From: Fibrobacteria bacterium
GTDB lineage: Bacteria > Fibrobacterota > Fibrobacteria > UBA11236
DNA length: 15,289 nt
Direction: 5' to 3'
Assembly (NCBI GenBank): GCA_050486505.1
Contig: JBJHDK010000057.1
Coordinates: forward strand, 1 to 15,289
In this document: positions 1 to 8,475 of the stretch, piece by piece
Layout: the number at the start of each line of letters is the position of its first letter
Position numbering within the stretch: the stretch's first letter is position 1
Position numbers and translations under genes: made by a program
The notes under the pieces: model-generated
Database searches by the model: none
What the model was told of the DNA's origin: nothing
The model's input: the letters and a program-made list of their open reading frames with translations, nothing else

Positions 1-2
1 TC

Positions 3-1772
3 CATCCGGTTTACGATGCATCCGGAGACCGGGTTTCGGAGATGACCGTATCCCGGATTCCGGAAATCTTCCCGGTCTATTGGGCGGGGACTCCCGAAGG
101 GTCGGAAACTTGGGAAACCTATACCGTCGAGGACTTCGAGGAAGCCTGGGCCGATGCCAATTATCGCATGAATTTTCTGCATTACCCCGCTCCCGACAGC
201 ATCATTGTGTATGTGGTGGCGGATTCCGGGAAACCTTTCGTGTTTCCCGACACCTCAGGGTACGGCGCGGTCCACAAGGATACGATCGTTGTTCCCCTCG
301 TCGTACGGGGGCTCGAAAAGCACGGTCCGATCTACGACAGTCTCCTGGCCCGTCGCGGTGGAGACAAGGTTTCGTCGAGGCACTGGGTTCGACTGGACCA
401 TGTCGTCATGGCGTCCTTCACCGAAAGCTATGACGCAGCAGGGAATGTCAGTGGACGAAGCCGCACTGCGACCGTTTTCGGGCGCGGAGTTCCCGTGGGG
501 CGCTATTTGATCGATGAGGGGAGGTACCAGTTCTTCGTCAAAAATCATTTAGGATCCACGGTGCGCGTGGTGGAGGGGAATGGAGACTTCTACACTTCCC
601 CGGCCTTCGACTACCAGGCGTTCGGAGAAAGACAGGTGTTGCGTGCCGATACGATGGAGACGCCGGGCCACGGCTTTACCGGAAAGGAACTTGATGCCGC
701 GGTGAATCTCTACTACTTCGGCGCCCGTTGGTATGATCCTGAACTCGGGGTGTGGACCGGTCCCGATCCGGCGGGGGAATTTTTCAACCCTTACAGTTAT
801 GTCGGCGGATCTCCGCTGGCATTCTTCGATCCTCACGGATTGTGGTCGATCGGAATCGGAATCGTGGTCGGCTATAATCGCAGGCAGGGGTGGCACGTGG
901 GTGTCGGGGTCGCATTGGATGACATCGATCTGGGGGTCGTTGAGTTTAACACCAATATCAGCCACGTGTGGAATGAAAAGGGAGGACAAACCTCCACGAC
1001 AGCAGTCGGGGGAGGCGTCCAATTCGGGTACGTGGGTGCCGACGCTCACGTTGGCTACAGCCACGACACAAGGTCAGGTCATCGTGTCAATGCCAGGGCG
1101 GGTGCCAACATCATCGTGGTCGGCGCCGAGCTGGGGACGAATCACTCGTGGTCGAAAAGCGGCGACTATCAGGGAGGGAACGTTTATGCCGAAGCGTACC
1201 TGGGTGCAAAAGGAGTGGCCCACTACGGGGGAGGCTATGAGTTGGGATGGGGTGGTTACGCGTCGGGGTGGTATGGAAGCGCCGGTTTCCTGCAGAACCA
1301 GTATTCCAACCGTGGTGAAGGATGGGATCACGATGGTTTTGAGCAGCGAGTGGGGCTGGCAAGCTACCAATCCGAAGGGTCGGAAAGCCGCGCCGAACTC
1401 GTGACCTCCAGGGACATCATCGGGCACTCGGCGATCGTCGGGGAATACAAGGGCGAAGAGTTCGTGATCAGTTGGGGCCCGGCGTCGAGACCGAAGAGCG
1501 ACCTCGGGTTCTTTACGGAGATGCTCGACGGGACCAACAATTATGACGTGATGGGGAATGCCATGTCCCTGCGGGGAGTCAATGTGCGAAGGTTGTATCA
1601 CTACTCCAACTTCCTGGATCGTTTCAAAGGCTCCTTGGGTTACAACTTGCTGGTCAGCAGCTGCGTGACACACACGTCCTTCGCGCTTGCCTATGCCGGA
1701 GCCATGAACGTCGGAATCCACCCGGTGCTGCTGGAATCCCAGATGCGCCTCAGGAATGGATGGGCTTACTGA
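3..1772 (+). CDS. Rhs/YD-repeat polymorphic toxin, 5'-truncated by the window edge (Rhs core plus ~309-aa C-terminal extension)
   Basis: The frame is open from position 3 (HPVYDASGDRVSEM, a YD repeat), so ATG 42 is not the true start. Rhs-core motifs: KNHLGS, FDYQAFGE, FTGKELD..NLYYFGARWYDPELGVW.GPDP, NPYSYVGGSPLAFFDPHGL (PxxxxDPxGL at 813-842). Stop TGA at 1770-1772. Confidence 0.95.
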   Translation, partial: HPVYDASGDRVSEMTVSRIPEIFPVYWAGTPEGSETWETYTVEDFEEAWADANYRMNFLHYPAPDSIIVYVVADSGKPFVFPDTSGYGAVHKDTIVVPLVVRGLEKHGPIYDSLLARRGGDKVSSRHWVRLDHVVMASFTESYDAAGNVSGRSRTATVFGRGVPVGRYLIDEGRYQFFVKNHLGSTVRVVEGNGDFYTSPAFDYQAFGERQVLRADTMETPGHGFTGKELDAAVNLYYFGARWYDPELGVWTGPDPAGEFFNPYSYVGGSPLAFFDPHGLWSIGIGIVVGYNRRQGWHVGVGVALDDIDLGVVEFNTNISHVWNEKGGQTSTTAVGGGVQFGYVGADAHVGYSHDTRSGHRVNARAGANIIVVGAELGTNHSWSKSGDYQGGNVYAEAYLGAKGVAHYGGGYELGWGGYASGWYGSAGFLQNQYSNRGEGWDHDGFEQRVGLASYQSEGSESRAELVTSRDIIGHSAIVGEYKGEEFVISWGPASRPKSDLGFFTEMLDGTNNYDVMGNAMSLRGVNVRRLYHYSNFLDRFKGSLGYNLLVSSCVTHTSFALAYAGAMNVGIHPVLLESQMRLRNGWAY

Positions 1773-2314
1773 TGATGAAAGCGGTTCCTGAACCTCATGC
1801 GGTGTTCAATGTCAAGCCCGGATCCACCGTGACACGGGCCGTCTTCTCACCCGCGGGCAGCTTGACGATTCTCTTGTCGGCTCTCGCTCTGTTGGTATCA
1901 GGGTGCGCCACCCGGAAGGATCTCCTCGAGGGACATTACCTCACGAAGGAACAGGCGTATGGAAGGGTCGTTCTGGAGATCGGGGGTATCCCGACGGGAT
2001 TTTTCCTGTTGCGTGTGGATCAGTTGCCCGAATTGCGAGCGGCAGACTTGCTCGGTTATCTGGGTTCGGATTCGACATTCCACTTCATGCGAGCCTGGGT
2101 CAAGCACGCGCGTCGTGACGAGATCGTCTTTTTCGCACTGGACATGGATGATTGCGATGTCGAAGAGCCTCTCTCCATTCTGCCGTGGACCGATCCGCCT
2201 CGTCTGTCATTTTCGGACTTATGGCGCGAAATCGACAGAACCCCGACGGCTTTGCCGGTGATCCTTGAGGATGGACATTGCCGGGTCGCGGCTTGGAGCA
2301 AGCCCGGGGAATGA
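1772..2314 (+). CDS. Predicted lipoprotein, candidate immunity protein for the Rhs toxin
   Basis: ATG 1772 overlaps the toxin stop (TGATG). An alternative GTG at 1829 would make the lipobox Cys residue 26. Hydrophobic stretch LTILLSALALL is followed by lipobox-like LVSG|C (Cys codon 1904). The immunity role is inferred from position only. Confidence 0.7.
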   Translation: MMKAVPEPHAVFNVKPGSTVTRAVFSPAGSLTILLSALALLVSGCATRKDLLEGHYLTKEQAYGRVVLEIGGIPTGFFLLRVDQLPELRAADLLGYLGSDSTFHFMRAWVKHARRDEIVFFALDMDDCDVEEPLSILPWTDPPRLSFSDLWREIDRTPTALPVILEDGHCRVAAWSKPGE

Positions 2315-2375
2315 GCGCCTGGCGGAGACCTGGCTGCGACGCCTGTCCGCGCCGTCAGGTCTCCGCCAGGCGCTC
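2313..2375. repeat. Perfect 20-bp inverted repeat between convergent genes (possible bidirectional terminator or junction scar)
   Basis: GAGCGCCTGGCGGAGACCTG (2313-2332) is the exact reverse complement of CAGGTCTCCGCCAGGCGCTC (2356-2375), with a 23-nt loop. There is no U-tract on either side. Confidence 0.9.
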
Positions 2376-3149
2376 GTCGATTTCCTGCTTGCTCGCAAAT
2401 CCGTAGGCGAACCCGAACACGCCATAGGCGACGAGCAGTGCGAAGAGGTATTCAGGGAAAATCATTCCGAAGCCGCACAGATAGCCGATGAAAACATTCG
2501 CGATCTGGAAGCCATTCAGCAGCGGGCTCTTGCGACGCATGAGCTTCGGCAGGTAAGCCGGGCTGACCATGAGCAACCCGGCCAGGATCAGCATCAGGGG
2601 CAGCATGGTCAGGCTGAACGGAAACGCGCCCGCGAGTTCGTACTTCGCATGCAGGATCACGCCGAGCGCCACGAAGCCGCCGGCAAAGGTCGATGGAAGA
2701 CCGTGAAAGAAATCCTTGAGTTCCCCCGCGTCGATGGCGTTGTAGCGGGCGAGCCGCAGGGCTGCGCAAAGGACGTACACCGCGAGCGAGGCGAGCATCA
2801 ACGGACGATGCGACGCGGCCCATTCCGGCGCGACCATCTGGAGGTAGTAGTACACCAGCATGGCCGGGGCGACACCGAAGGCGATCAGATCGGCGAGGCT
2901 GTCGAACTGCGCGCCGAACTCGGAGGACGCGTTCAGAACCTTCGCCATGAAGCCGTCCAGCTTGTCGAGCAGCACGCACCAGATGATCATCCAGGCCGCG
3001 AGGGTCAGGGGGGGCTTTCCGAAGCCCGGCAGGCTGCGGTCGCTGCGCTCGGGGATCATGGCCTCGGCCATGAGCAGGATGGCGAAGATTCCGATGAGAA
3101 AGCTCAGGCCGGTGAAAAGATTGGGAACAAGGAATTTTTTCTGAACCAT
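2355..3149 (-). CDS. pssA: CDP-alcohol phosphatidyltransferase, PssA-type (CDP-diacylglycerol--serine O-phosphatidyltransferase-like)
   Basis: N-terminal VPNLFT, signature DKLDGFMAK...SEFGAQFDSLADLIAFGVAP, LRLARYN, FFHGLPS, and several transmembrane segments. Exact alcohol substrate is not provable from sequence. Confidence 0.82.
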   Translation of the reverse strand: MVQKKFLVPNLFTGLSFLIGIFAILLMAEAMIPERSDRSLPGFGKPPLTLAAWMIIWCVLLDKLDGFMAKVLNASSEFGAQFDSLADLIAFGVAPAMLVYYYLQMVAPEWAASHRPLMLASLAVYVLCAALRLARYNAIDAGELKDFFHGLPSTFAGGFVALGVILHAKYELAGAFPFSLTMLPLMLILAGLLMVSPAYLPKLMRRKSPLLNGFQIANVFIGYLCGFGMIFPEYLFALLVAYGVFGFAYGFASKQEIDERLAET

Positions 3150-3212
3150 GATGACCCCGGAAAAAGACGGACGAGAAGGTAGAACAGTGGTCAGGGGAGC
3201 GTGCCCCGGTGC

Positions 3213-5813
3213 TTAACGCTCCGGGAAGAGCACGATGAAATTGTCGAGCGTCGAGACGGCAATGCCGTCGCCGACAGCAGCCGGAGTTCCGGGCATGCCG
3301 GGAAGCGGAAGTTTGCGGATGAGAGAATGGTTGAGCGAGCGTTTCTCGAGCGCGGGTTCGGTGGTTCCGACCCAGTATCCGTCGGAGGTGAGCAATGGGC
3401 GGTTGAAGAGGTAGGTCGGCACGCGCGTCTGGGCGCGCACGGTTCCGGTTTCGCCCTCGACGTGTACCAGGCGTTGCGAGGCGGTTCCGACCAAAAGCGC
3501 TTCGTTTCCCCGTCCCGAAAGGCTGAAGATCTGTTCTCCCATGTCGCGTTGCCAGGCGATGGAATTCGCGCGCTTGTCCACCGCGATGATGAGGCCCTCG
3601 TTGTAGCCCGCGAAGGCGAGCCCGGTCCCGGAGTGCACTTCGGTCACGGTCCCCGGAGGCAGGCGCACCGATGCCAGGGATTCCCCGTCCCTGAGCCTTA
3701 CGCTTTGGTACCCCCCGTCGATTTCGTAAACGTCCACGGTGCCGGGAGTTCCACTTGCCGCCAGCAGGAGGCCTCCGCGTGCGAGGCCGACCTGCCAGCG
3801 GATGGTGCGCGTTGCGGGATCAAGCAGGTGGAGAGTCCCGTTCCAGTCGCTGAAGAGAAGTCCTTCGGGCAGCATGATGGCGTGGCAGAGGGGGTTGCGA
3901 AGGCGGACTTCCCAGGTGTTATCGCCGTTCCAGGGTGGCGCGAGGAAATGCAGGCGGTTGGTTCCGGAGACGATGATGGTGTCTCCGGCCCACAAGGAGA
4001 CTTTCAGGTCGAGCGGCTCGGTGAAACGCCGGGTTCCTGCCAGGCGTCCCCTGCGGTTGTCGAGAACGAGCAAGGTCGTGTTGTCGTTCTCGATGTAGAA
4101 GCTGTGACCGTTTCCCGAAGAGAGCACCGGGAAAAAACGCGGGCCTGAACGCCGTTTCCAGACCCACGCGGCTTCGAGGCCTTCCGCCAGGCGGGCGAAG
4201 GCGGTGTCGTCGCCCCACGGTGATGCATGCCGGGAGCGTGCGGCCTGCAGCCATGCGCGCATTCGGGCGTGATCAGGTGCCTGGGTCGCATCGAGCAGAC
4301 GGGCCGTCTCGCGCCACGCGATGCCGTTGCCCGGCTCGAGCGCAAGGAGAGAATCGAGGGACTCAAGGGCACGGCGTGCGTCGCCGGATCCGCCTGCCTC
4401 GCGTGCAGCGTGGAGGAGGTAGGAACGATCCTTTCCCGCTGCACGGAGCAATTCGCGGTCAAGCCTCACGCGGCTTCCATCGGCGGCATGGAGAACAAGC
4501 CAGTCGCGCGCCGGGAGCATGAGGGGGGGCTCGCGATCCCACCCCGTTTCGTACTCGTACAGGATCTGTCCCGCGGCGTCGAGGGCGACGAGCGTGCGGG
4601 CATGCGTGGTCACGAATGCCTCGTCCCCGTGCGCGATCAAGGTTTCGGCGCCCAGGTCGCGCCTCCAGACCACCCTGCCGGTGCGCAGGGAGAGCGCGCG
4701 CACGGGACCTTCTCCATCGGTCGTGAACGCCAGCTCGCGGCCGATGGAGAAGGCCTCCTGTAACCCCGCGGGAATTCCCCACAGGAATGCGTCGAACGAA
4801 GGGGCACGCCTGATTTCGATGTGTTCCCCGTGGCGCAGGGCCAGATAGTCGCCGGCGAGTTGGACGGCGGCCGGAAGCTCTCCGGACAGCGGGACCTGCG
4901 TCACGGACGGCGCTGCGAAATCGGCGCGGAACAGCGCGCGGCCGGGGCAGAACAACACGCCCTGGCGTGCCCTTGGCGTGGTCGGATGCCATGTGCATCC
5001 GGCCCCGGGGAGGGGGTGCGCGTGGATGGTGCGGCCGTCGCGCACCAAACGGACTTCTTGCGCGCCGATGAGGAGCATTTCCGCGGCTTCACCCGCAAGC
5101 AGATGCCCTTCCTCGGCGAGGAAACGGTCTTGCACGATGAGAGGAGGAGAATCGGGGGCTCGTCTCAGATAAACCCGTTGCCGGGGTGCGCTGCGCGTCA
5201 GAAGGCGGCCGTCGGCCGCATCGAGGAGTTCCTCGTCTGCTGCCGGCGCAGCCGGGATCAGGTGGAGCTCGCCACGTGCATCCTGCAGAAAGAGGCGCGA
5301 GGTGGTGCGGCCCGGTTCCGTCGACGCTTCCACCAGGACGTAGGTGTCGCCGTCCGCAATGATGCGCACGGGCAAACCCGCCATGCTTCCCGCGTCGCGG
5401 AGTGGGCGCAGCGCAGATGGGTCAAGCACCAGCAGGCGCTCCGCCACCCGCGCGCGCTGGGTGCGGGAGAGCCCAGGTCCTGAGACGGCGACGGCGTATT
5501 GGGTCGCAGCCTCGGCGTGACGGCCCTGGTCCTCGAGAAAACGCCCGCGCAGGTGGGCCGCCAGGGCACGGATGGCGGGATCACCGGATTCCGCCAACGG
5601 ATCGAGGAGCGACATGGCGCGCGTGCGATCTCCCTCGATGTCGAAGAGATAGCGCGCGGATTCCAGGGCGCGACGGGCCTCCGCGTGGGCGCTTTCGTCG
5701 GCGGCGACGGGAGCGCCCAACGCCAGGCCCGCGCAGAGCAATGTTCCCCGCAGGAAGGGGAATGCGCCGGAAGTCGCCGCGTCGCGTGCCATGCCGAACC
5801 CGTGCCGCGTCAT
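3213..5813 (-). CDS. Secreted TPR plus PQQ/BamB-like beta-propeller repeat protein (~866 aa)
   Basis: Likely start is ATG 5813, in an ATGA overlap with the regulator stop (alternative ATG 5792). Signal-peptide-like LRGTLLCAGLALGAPVAA|DE. TPR-like helices (AAHLRGRFLEDQGRHAEAATQY; LLALEPGNGIAWRETARL). Propeller blades ending in Trp (VRALSLRTGRVVW, LHLLDPATRTIRW, IIAVDKRANSIAW). Confidence 0.8.
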   Translation of the reverse strand: MTRHGFGMARDAATSGAFPFLRGTLLCAGLALGAPVAADESAHAEARRALESARYLFDIEGDRTRAMSLLDPLAESGDPAIRALAAHLRGRFLEDQGRHAEAATQYAVAVSGPGLSRTQRARVAERLLVLDPSALRPLRDAGSMAGLPVRIIADGDTYVLVEASTEPGRTTSRLFLQDARGELHLIPAAPAADEELLDAADGRLLTRSAPRQRVYLRRAPDSPPLIVQDRFLAEEGHLLAGEAAEMLLIGAQEVRLVRDGRTIHAHPLPGAGCTWHPTTPRARQGVLFCPGRALFRADFAAPSVTQVPLSGELPAAVQLAGDYLALRHGEHIEIRRAPSFDAFLWGIPAGLQEAFSIGRELAFTTDGEGPVRALSLRTGRVVWRRDLGAETLIAHGDEAFVTTHARTLVALDAAGQILYEYETGWDREPPLMLPARDWLVLHAADGSRVRLDRELLRAAGKDRSYLLHAAREAGGSGDARRALESLDSLLALEPGNGIAWRETARLLDATQAPDHARMRAWLQAARSRHASPWGDDTAFARLAEGLEAAWVWKRRSGPRFFPVLSSGNGHSFYIENDNTTLLVLDNRRGRLAGTRRFTEPLDLKVSLWAGDTIIVSGTNRLHFLAPPWNGDNTWEVRLRNPLCHAIMLPEGLLFSDWNGTLHLLDPATRTIRWQVGLARGGLLLAASGTPGTVDVYEIDGGYQSVRLRDGESLASVRLPPGTVTEVHSGTGLAFAGYNEGLIIAVDKRANSIAWQRDMGEQIFSLSGRGNEALLVGTASQRLVHVEGETGTVRAQTRVPTYLFNRPLLTSDGYWVGTTEPALEKRSLNHSLIRKLPLPGMPGTPAAVGDGIAVSTLDNFIVLFPER

Positions 5814-6529
5814 TCCGCGGACGGGGTTCCCTCCGGATCGAACTTGTAGCCCACTCCCCGCACGCTTTTGATCCACACCGGGTGCGCCGCGTCGTCTTCG
5901 AGCTTTTGGCGCAGCTTCAGGATCTGGTTGTCCACCGTGCGCGTGGTGGGCATGTTGTCGAGACTGTATCCCCAGATGGCCTGCAGCAGGTCCTCGCGTG
6001 AAACGACCTCGCCGGGTCTTCCGGCCAGGTAGCGGAGGATCTGGAACTCGCGCGCGGAGAGATCGACCGGCTTGTCGGCCTTCGTCGCTTCGTAGCGCCT
6101 GAAATCGAGCCGGGCATCCCCGAACTCCAGCCGGTCGGGCCCCGATTGCCCGGCCGTGGCGGACTCCGCGCTGCGACGCAGCCGCGTTTTGATGCGGGCG
6201 AGAAGCTCCGAGACGCTGAACGGCTTCGTGATGTAATCGTCGGCGCCCATTTCGAGGCCGGCGATTTTCGACATCTCCTCGTTTTTCGCGGTCAGCATGA
6301 TCACGAACGTTTCGGGATGATGCTTGCGCAGGTGACGGCAGACCTCGAAGCCGCTGGACTTGGGGAGCATGAGGTCGAGCAGCACGAGGTGCGGACGCCA
6401 CTGTTTTGCTTTTTCGAGCGCGGCCTCGCCGTCGACCACCGCCGCGGTCTCGTAGCCCTCGATCTCCAGCAGGTCGAGCAGGCCCGCCCGGATGGATTCT
6501 TCGTCCTCAACGATCAGGATGCGGTGCAT
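5810..6529 (-). CDS. OmpR/PhoB-family response regulator
   Basis: Receiver domain (ILIVEDE, LVLLDLMLP, IMLTA, GADDYITKPF) plus winged helix (RTVDNQILKLRQKLE, KSVRGVGYKF). SD-like GGAGG lies upstream of the ATG. Confidence 0.97.
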   Translation of the reverse strand: MHRILIVEDEESIRAGLLDLLEIEGYETAAVVDGEAALEKAKQWRPHLVLLDLMLPKSSGFEVCRHLRKHHPETFVIMLTAKNEEMSKIAGLEMGADDYITKPFSVSELLARIKTRLRRSAESATAGQSGPDRLEFGDARLDFRRYEATKADKPVDLSAREFQILRYLAGRPGEVVSREDLLQAIWGYSLDNMPTTRTVDNQILKLRQKLEDDAAHPVWIKSVRGVGYKFDPEGTPSAE

Positions 6530-8459
6530 CGGTTCCTCCCTTGCGCGGGAAGGTCAGGATCATCTCCGTTCCCTCCCCGGGTTTGCTTTCGACCCGGATG
6601 GTCCCCCCGTGGGCATCCGTAATGCGTTTCACCAGTGCCAGCCCGAGGCCGCTGCCCCGGGTCTTGCGGGTCATTTCGTCGCCTGCACGCCAGAATTTCT
6701 CGAAGATGCGCCGTTGGTCTTCGGGCGAAATTCCCACGCCCTGATCCGCAACGCGCAAGACAATGTCCTCGGAACGCGGCAGAACTTCCAGCGTCACCTG
6801 CGTTGCAGGGCGCGAATATTTCAAGGCGTTCTCGAGCAGGTTCTGTACCACCGAGCGCAGTGCGTCGTGATCCGCATCAAGCATGGCGGGTGCATCGAGC
6901 CTCTGCACGAGGCGGATGCCGGCCTTTTCGAATGCCGCGGCCATGAGGGCCGCCGATTCGCGCGCAGCCTCGGTCAGGTCGGTTTGCGCCAGGCGCAGCG
7001 CGCCGGGGTTTTCCTCGAGCCGCGTGAATGTCAGGATGCCTTCGATCATTCCCTGCAGGCGCTCGGCTTCGGCGCCGATGCGGCGCGCGTACTCGGGGCG
7101 TTTCGACTCGGGCATGCGTTCGCTCGCGAGCATTTCGGAAAACATGCGAATGGCGGTCAGGGGGGTTTTCAATTCATGCGAAACCGCGGAGAGAAAATTC
7201 GCCTTCATGCTGATCAGGCGCTGGGCATCATCAAGCCCCTTGTACAGGGCCAGGATCCCCAACAGCAGCGAGAGCAGCGAAAATGCGAGCAAGGCATAAT
7301 GGATGCCGGTGCGCCATCTCCCCTGCGCGACGAGCTCCGCGTCGGAGCGCTTGTACACGACCAGTCGCCATGAGGGGAGATCGAGCTCCAGCGCCCGTTC
7401 CAGTGCGGGTTCGCGCGGGGTGTTGTCGTCGTGGTCCGCGGACAACACGAGCTTTCCGTCGGCGGCGAAGACGGCGAAGTCCATGTCCCTCCAGGGGGCC
7501 CTGCGTTCCTGGACCAGCTCGGAGCGGACTGCCGCGGAGAACACCCCCTCGTCGAGGCGGACCAGGACGCGTGTATCGCGGTCGAGCCACGGGAATCCCG
7601 CGGCGAGATACGGCGTGCCGTGGTGGTAGCGCACGCGCAAGGTGTCGTAGCGGGCGGGGGAGAGGGCGCGAAGAAGCTCCTCGGGTGATCCCTGCCAGTC
7701 ACGGTCGATCGCCTCCGCGTTCGAAAGAAATGCGGGAAGCCGCTGGTGCAGCGCGAAGAACTCCGAGCGAGCACCGCGCGTCAGGGGTTCGAGCGAAGTC
7801 ATGAGATCGGCGATTTCGGCGAGGTAAAATCCCGTGCGGTGGCGGGTTTCGAAGTCGGCCGATTCGAGCAGGTCGGCCACCAGTACGCGGGCGGTGCCCT
7901 CGGCCTCGGAGGCAAGGCCGAGACGGGCAAGGCACTTGAGCTCGAGAAGGCGGAAGCCGAAGCGCTTTTCCGCCATCCGCGGATCGAGAGGGTCGGGGCC
8001 GTAAAGCAGAAGCCGCACGGCCTGCAGGGCCGAAGCGTGGCGCCCGGCGCGCCATTCTTCGCGCACGACGTTTTCGAGGGGGTGCTCGGCGAATGCTTCC
8101 GGCTCCACGGGGGGCTCTCGCGGAGGCGCGGGAAACACGGGGGTTTCGCCGCGGAAGACGACGGCGGAATGGACCACGGGGAGCTCGATCAGGCGGGCCG
8201 CGAGTTCCCATGCGGCAAGCGGGGTTTCCGCCGAGCCGCCCCCGGCGAGCGCGCCCCGCACCCTGTCCATGTGTTCGTTGCGTGTCTTGAGCAGCGTTTG
8301 CTCCATCGCATCGGCGAAGGATTCGTAACGCGCCTCGCGTGAACGCTCCAGCAACAGGCGCTCGTCCTTCACGGATCGGAAACTGAGCCAGCCGAGGATC
8401 AGGCCGGGCAGCAGGATGGGGCCGGCGAAGAGCAGGAGACGGCGACGGGGAAGTCTCAC
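6507..8459 (-). CDS. Membrane sensor histidine kinase (HisKA + HATPase_c) with large extracytoplasmic domain
   Basis: TM1 LLLFAGPILLPGLILGWLSF, TM2 YALLAFSLLSLLLGILALY, H-box VSHELKTPL, N-box NLLENALKYS, G1 DQGVGI, F-box IFEKFWR, G2 GSGLGLALV. Overlaps the regulator start by 23 nt. GTG start. Confidence 0.96.
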   Translation of the reverse strand: MRLPRRRLLLFAGPILLPGLILGWLSFRSVKDERLLLERSREARYESFADAMEQTLLKTRNEHMDRVRGALAGGGSAETPLAAWELAARLIELPVVHSAVVFRGETPVFPAPPREPPVEPEAFAEHPLENVVREEWRAGRHASALQAVRLLLYGPDPLDPRMAEKRFGFRLLELKCLARLGLASEAEGTARVLVADLLESADFETRHRTGFYLAEIADLMTSLEPLTRGARSEFFALHQRLPAFLSNAEAIDRDWQGSPEELLRALSPARYDTLRVRYHHGTPYLAAGFPWLDRDTRVLVRLDEGVFSAAVRSELVQERRAPWRDMDFAVFAADGKLVLSADHDDNTPREPALERALELDLPSWRLVVYKRSDAELVAQGRWRTGIHYALLAFSLLSLLLGILALYKGLDDAQRLISMKANFLSAVSHELKTPLTAIRMFSEMLASERMPESKRPEYARRIGAEAERLQGMIEGILTFTRLEENPGALRLAQTDLTEAARESAALMAAAFEKAGIRLVQRLDAPAMLDADHDALRSVVQNLLENALKYSRPATQVTLEVLPRSEDIVLRVADQGVGISPEDQRRIFEKFWRAGDEMTRKTRGSGLGLALVKRITDAHGGTIRVESKPGEGTEMILTFPRKGGTDAPHPDR

Positions 8460-8475
8460 GCGCGAGATCCCGGCC

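Noticed and set aside
3194..3207. GGGG-AGCGTG-CCCC hairpin between the propeller gene and pssA
   Set aside because: Only a 4-bp stem in GC-rich DNA with no adjacent U-tract, so too weak to call a terminator.
5814..6401. 196-aa N-terminal extension of the 1062-aa ORF
   Set aside because: It overlaps the response regulator in another frame and has Arg/Pro-rich shadow composition. The signal peptide and ATGA coupling point to a start at 5813.
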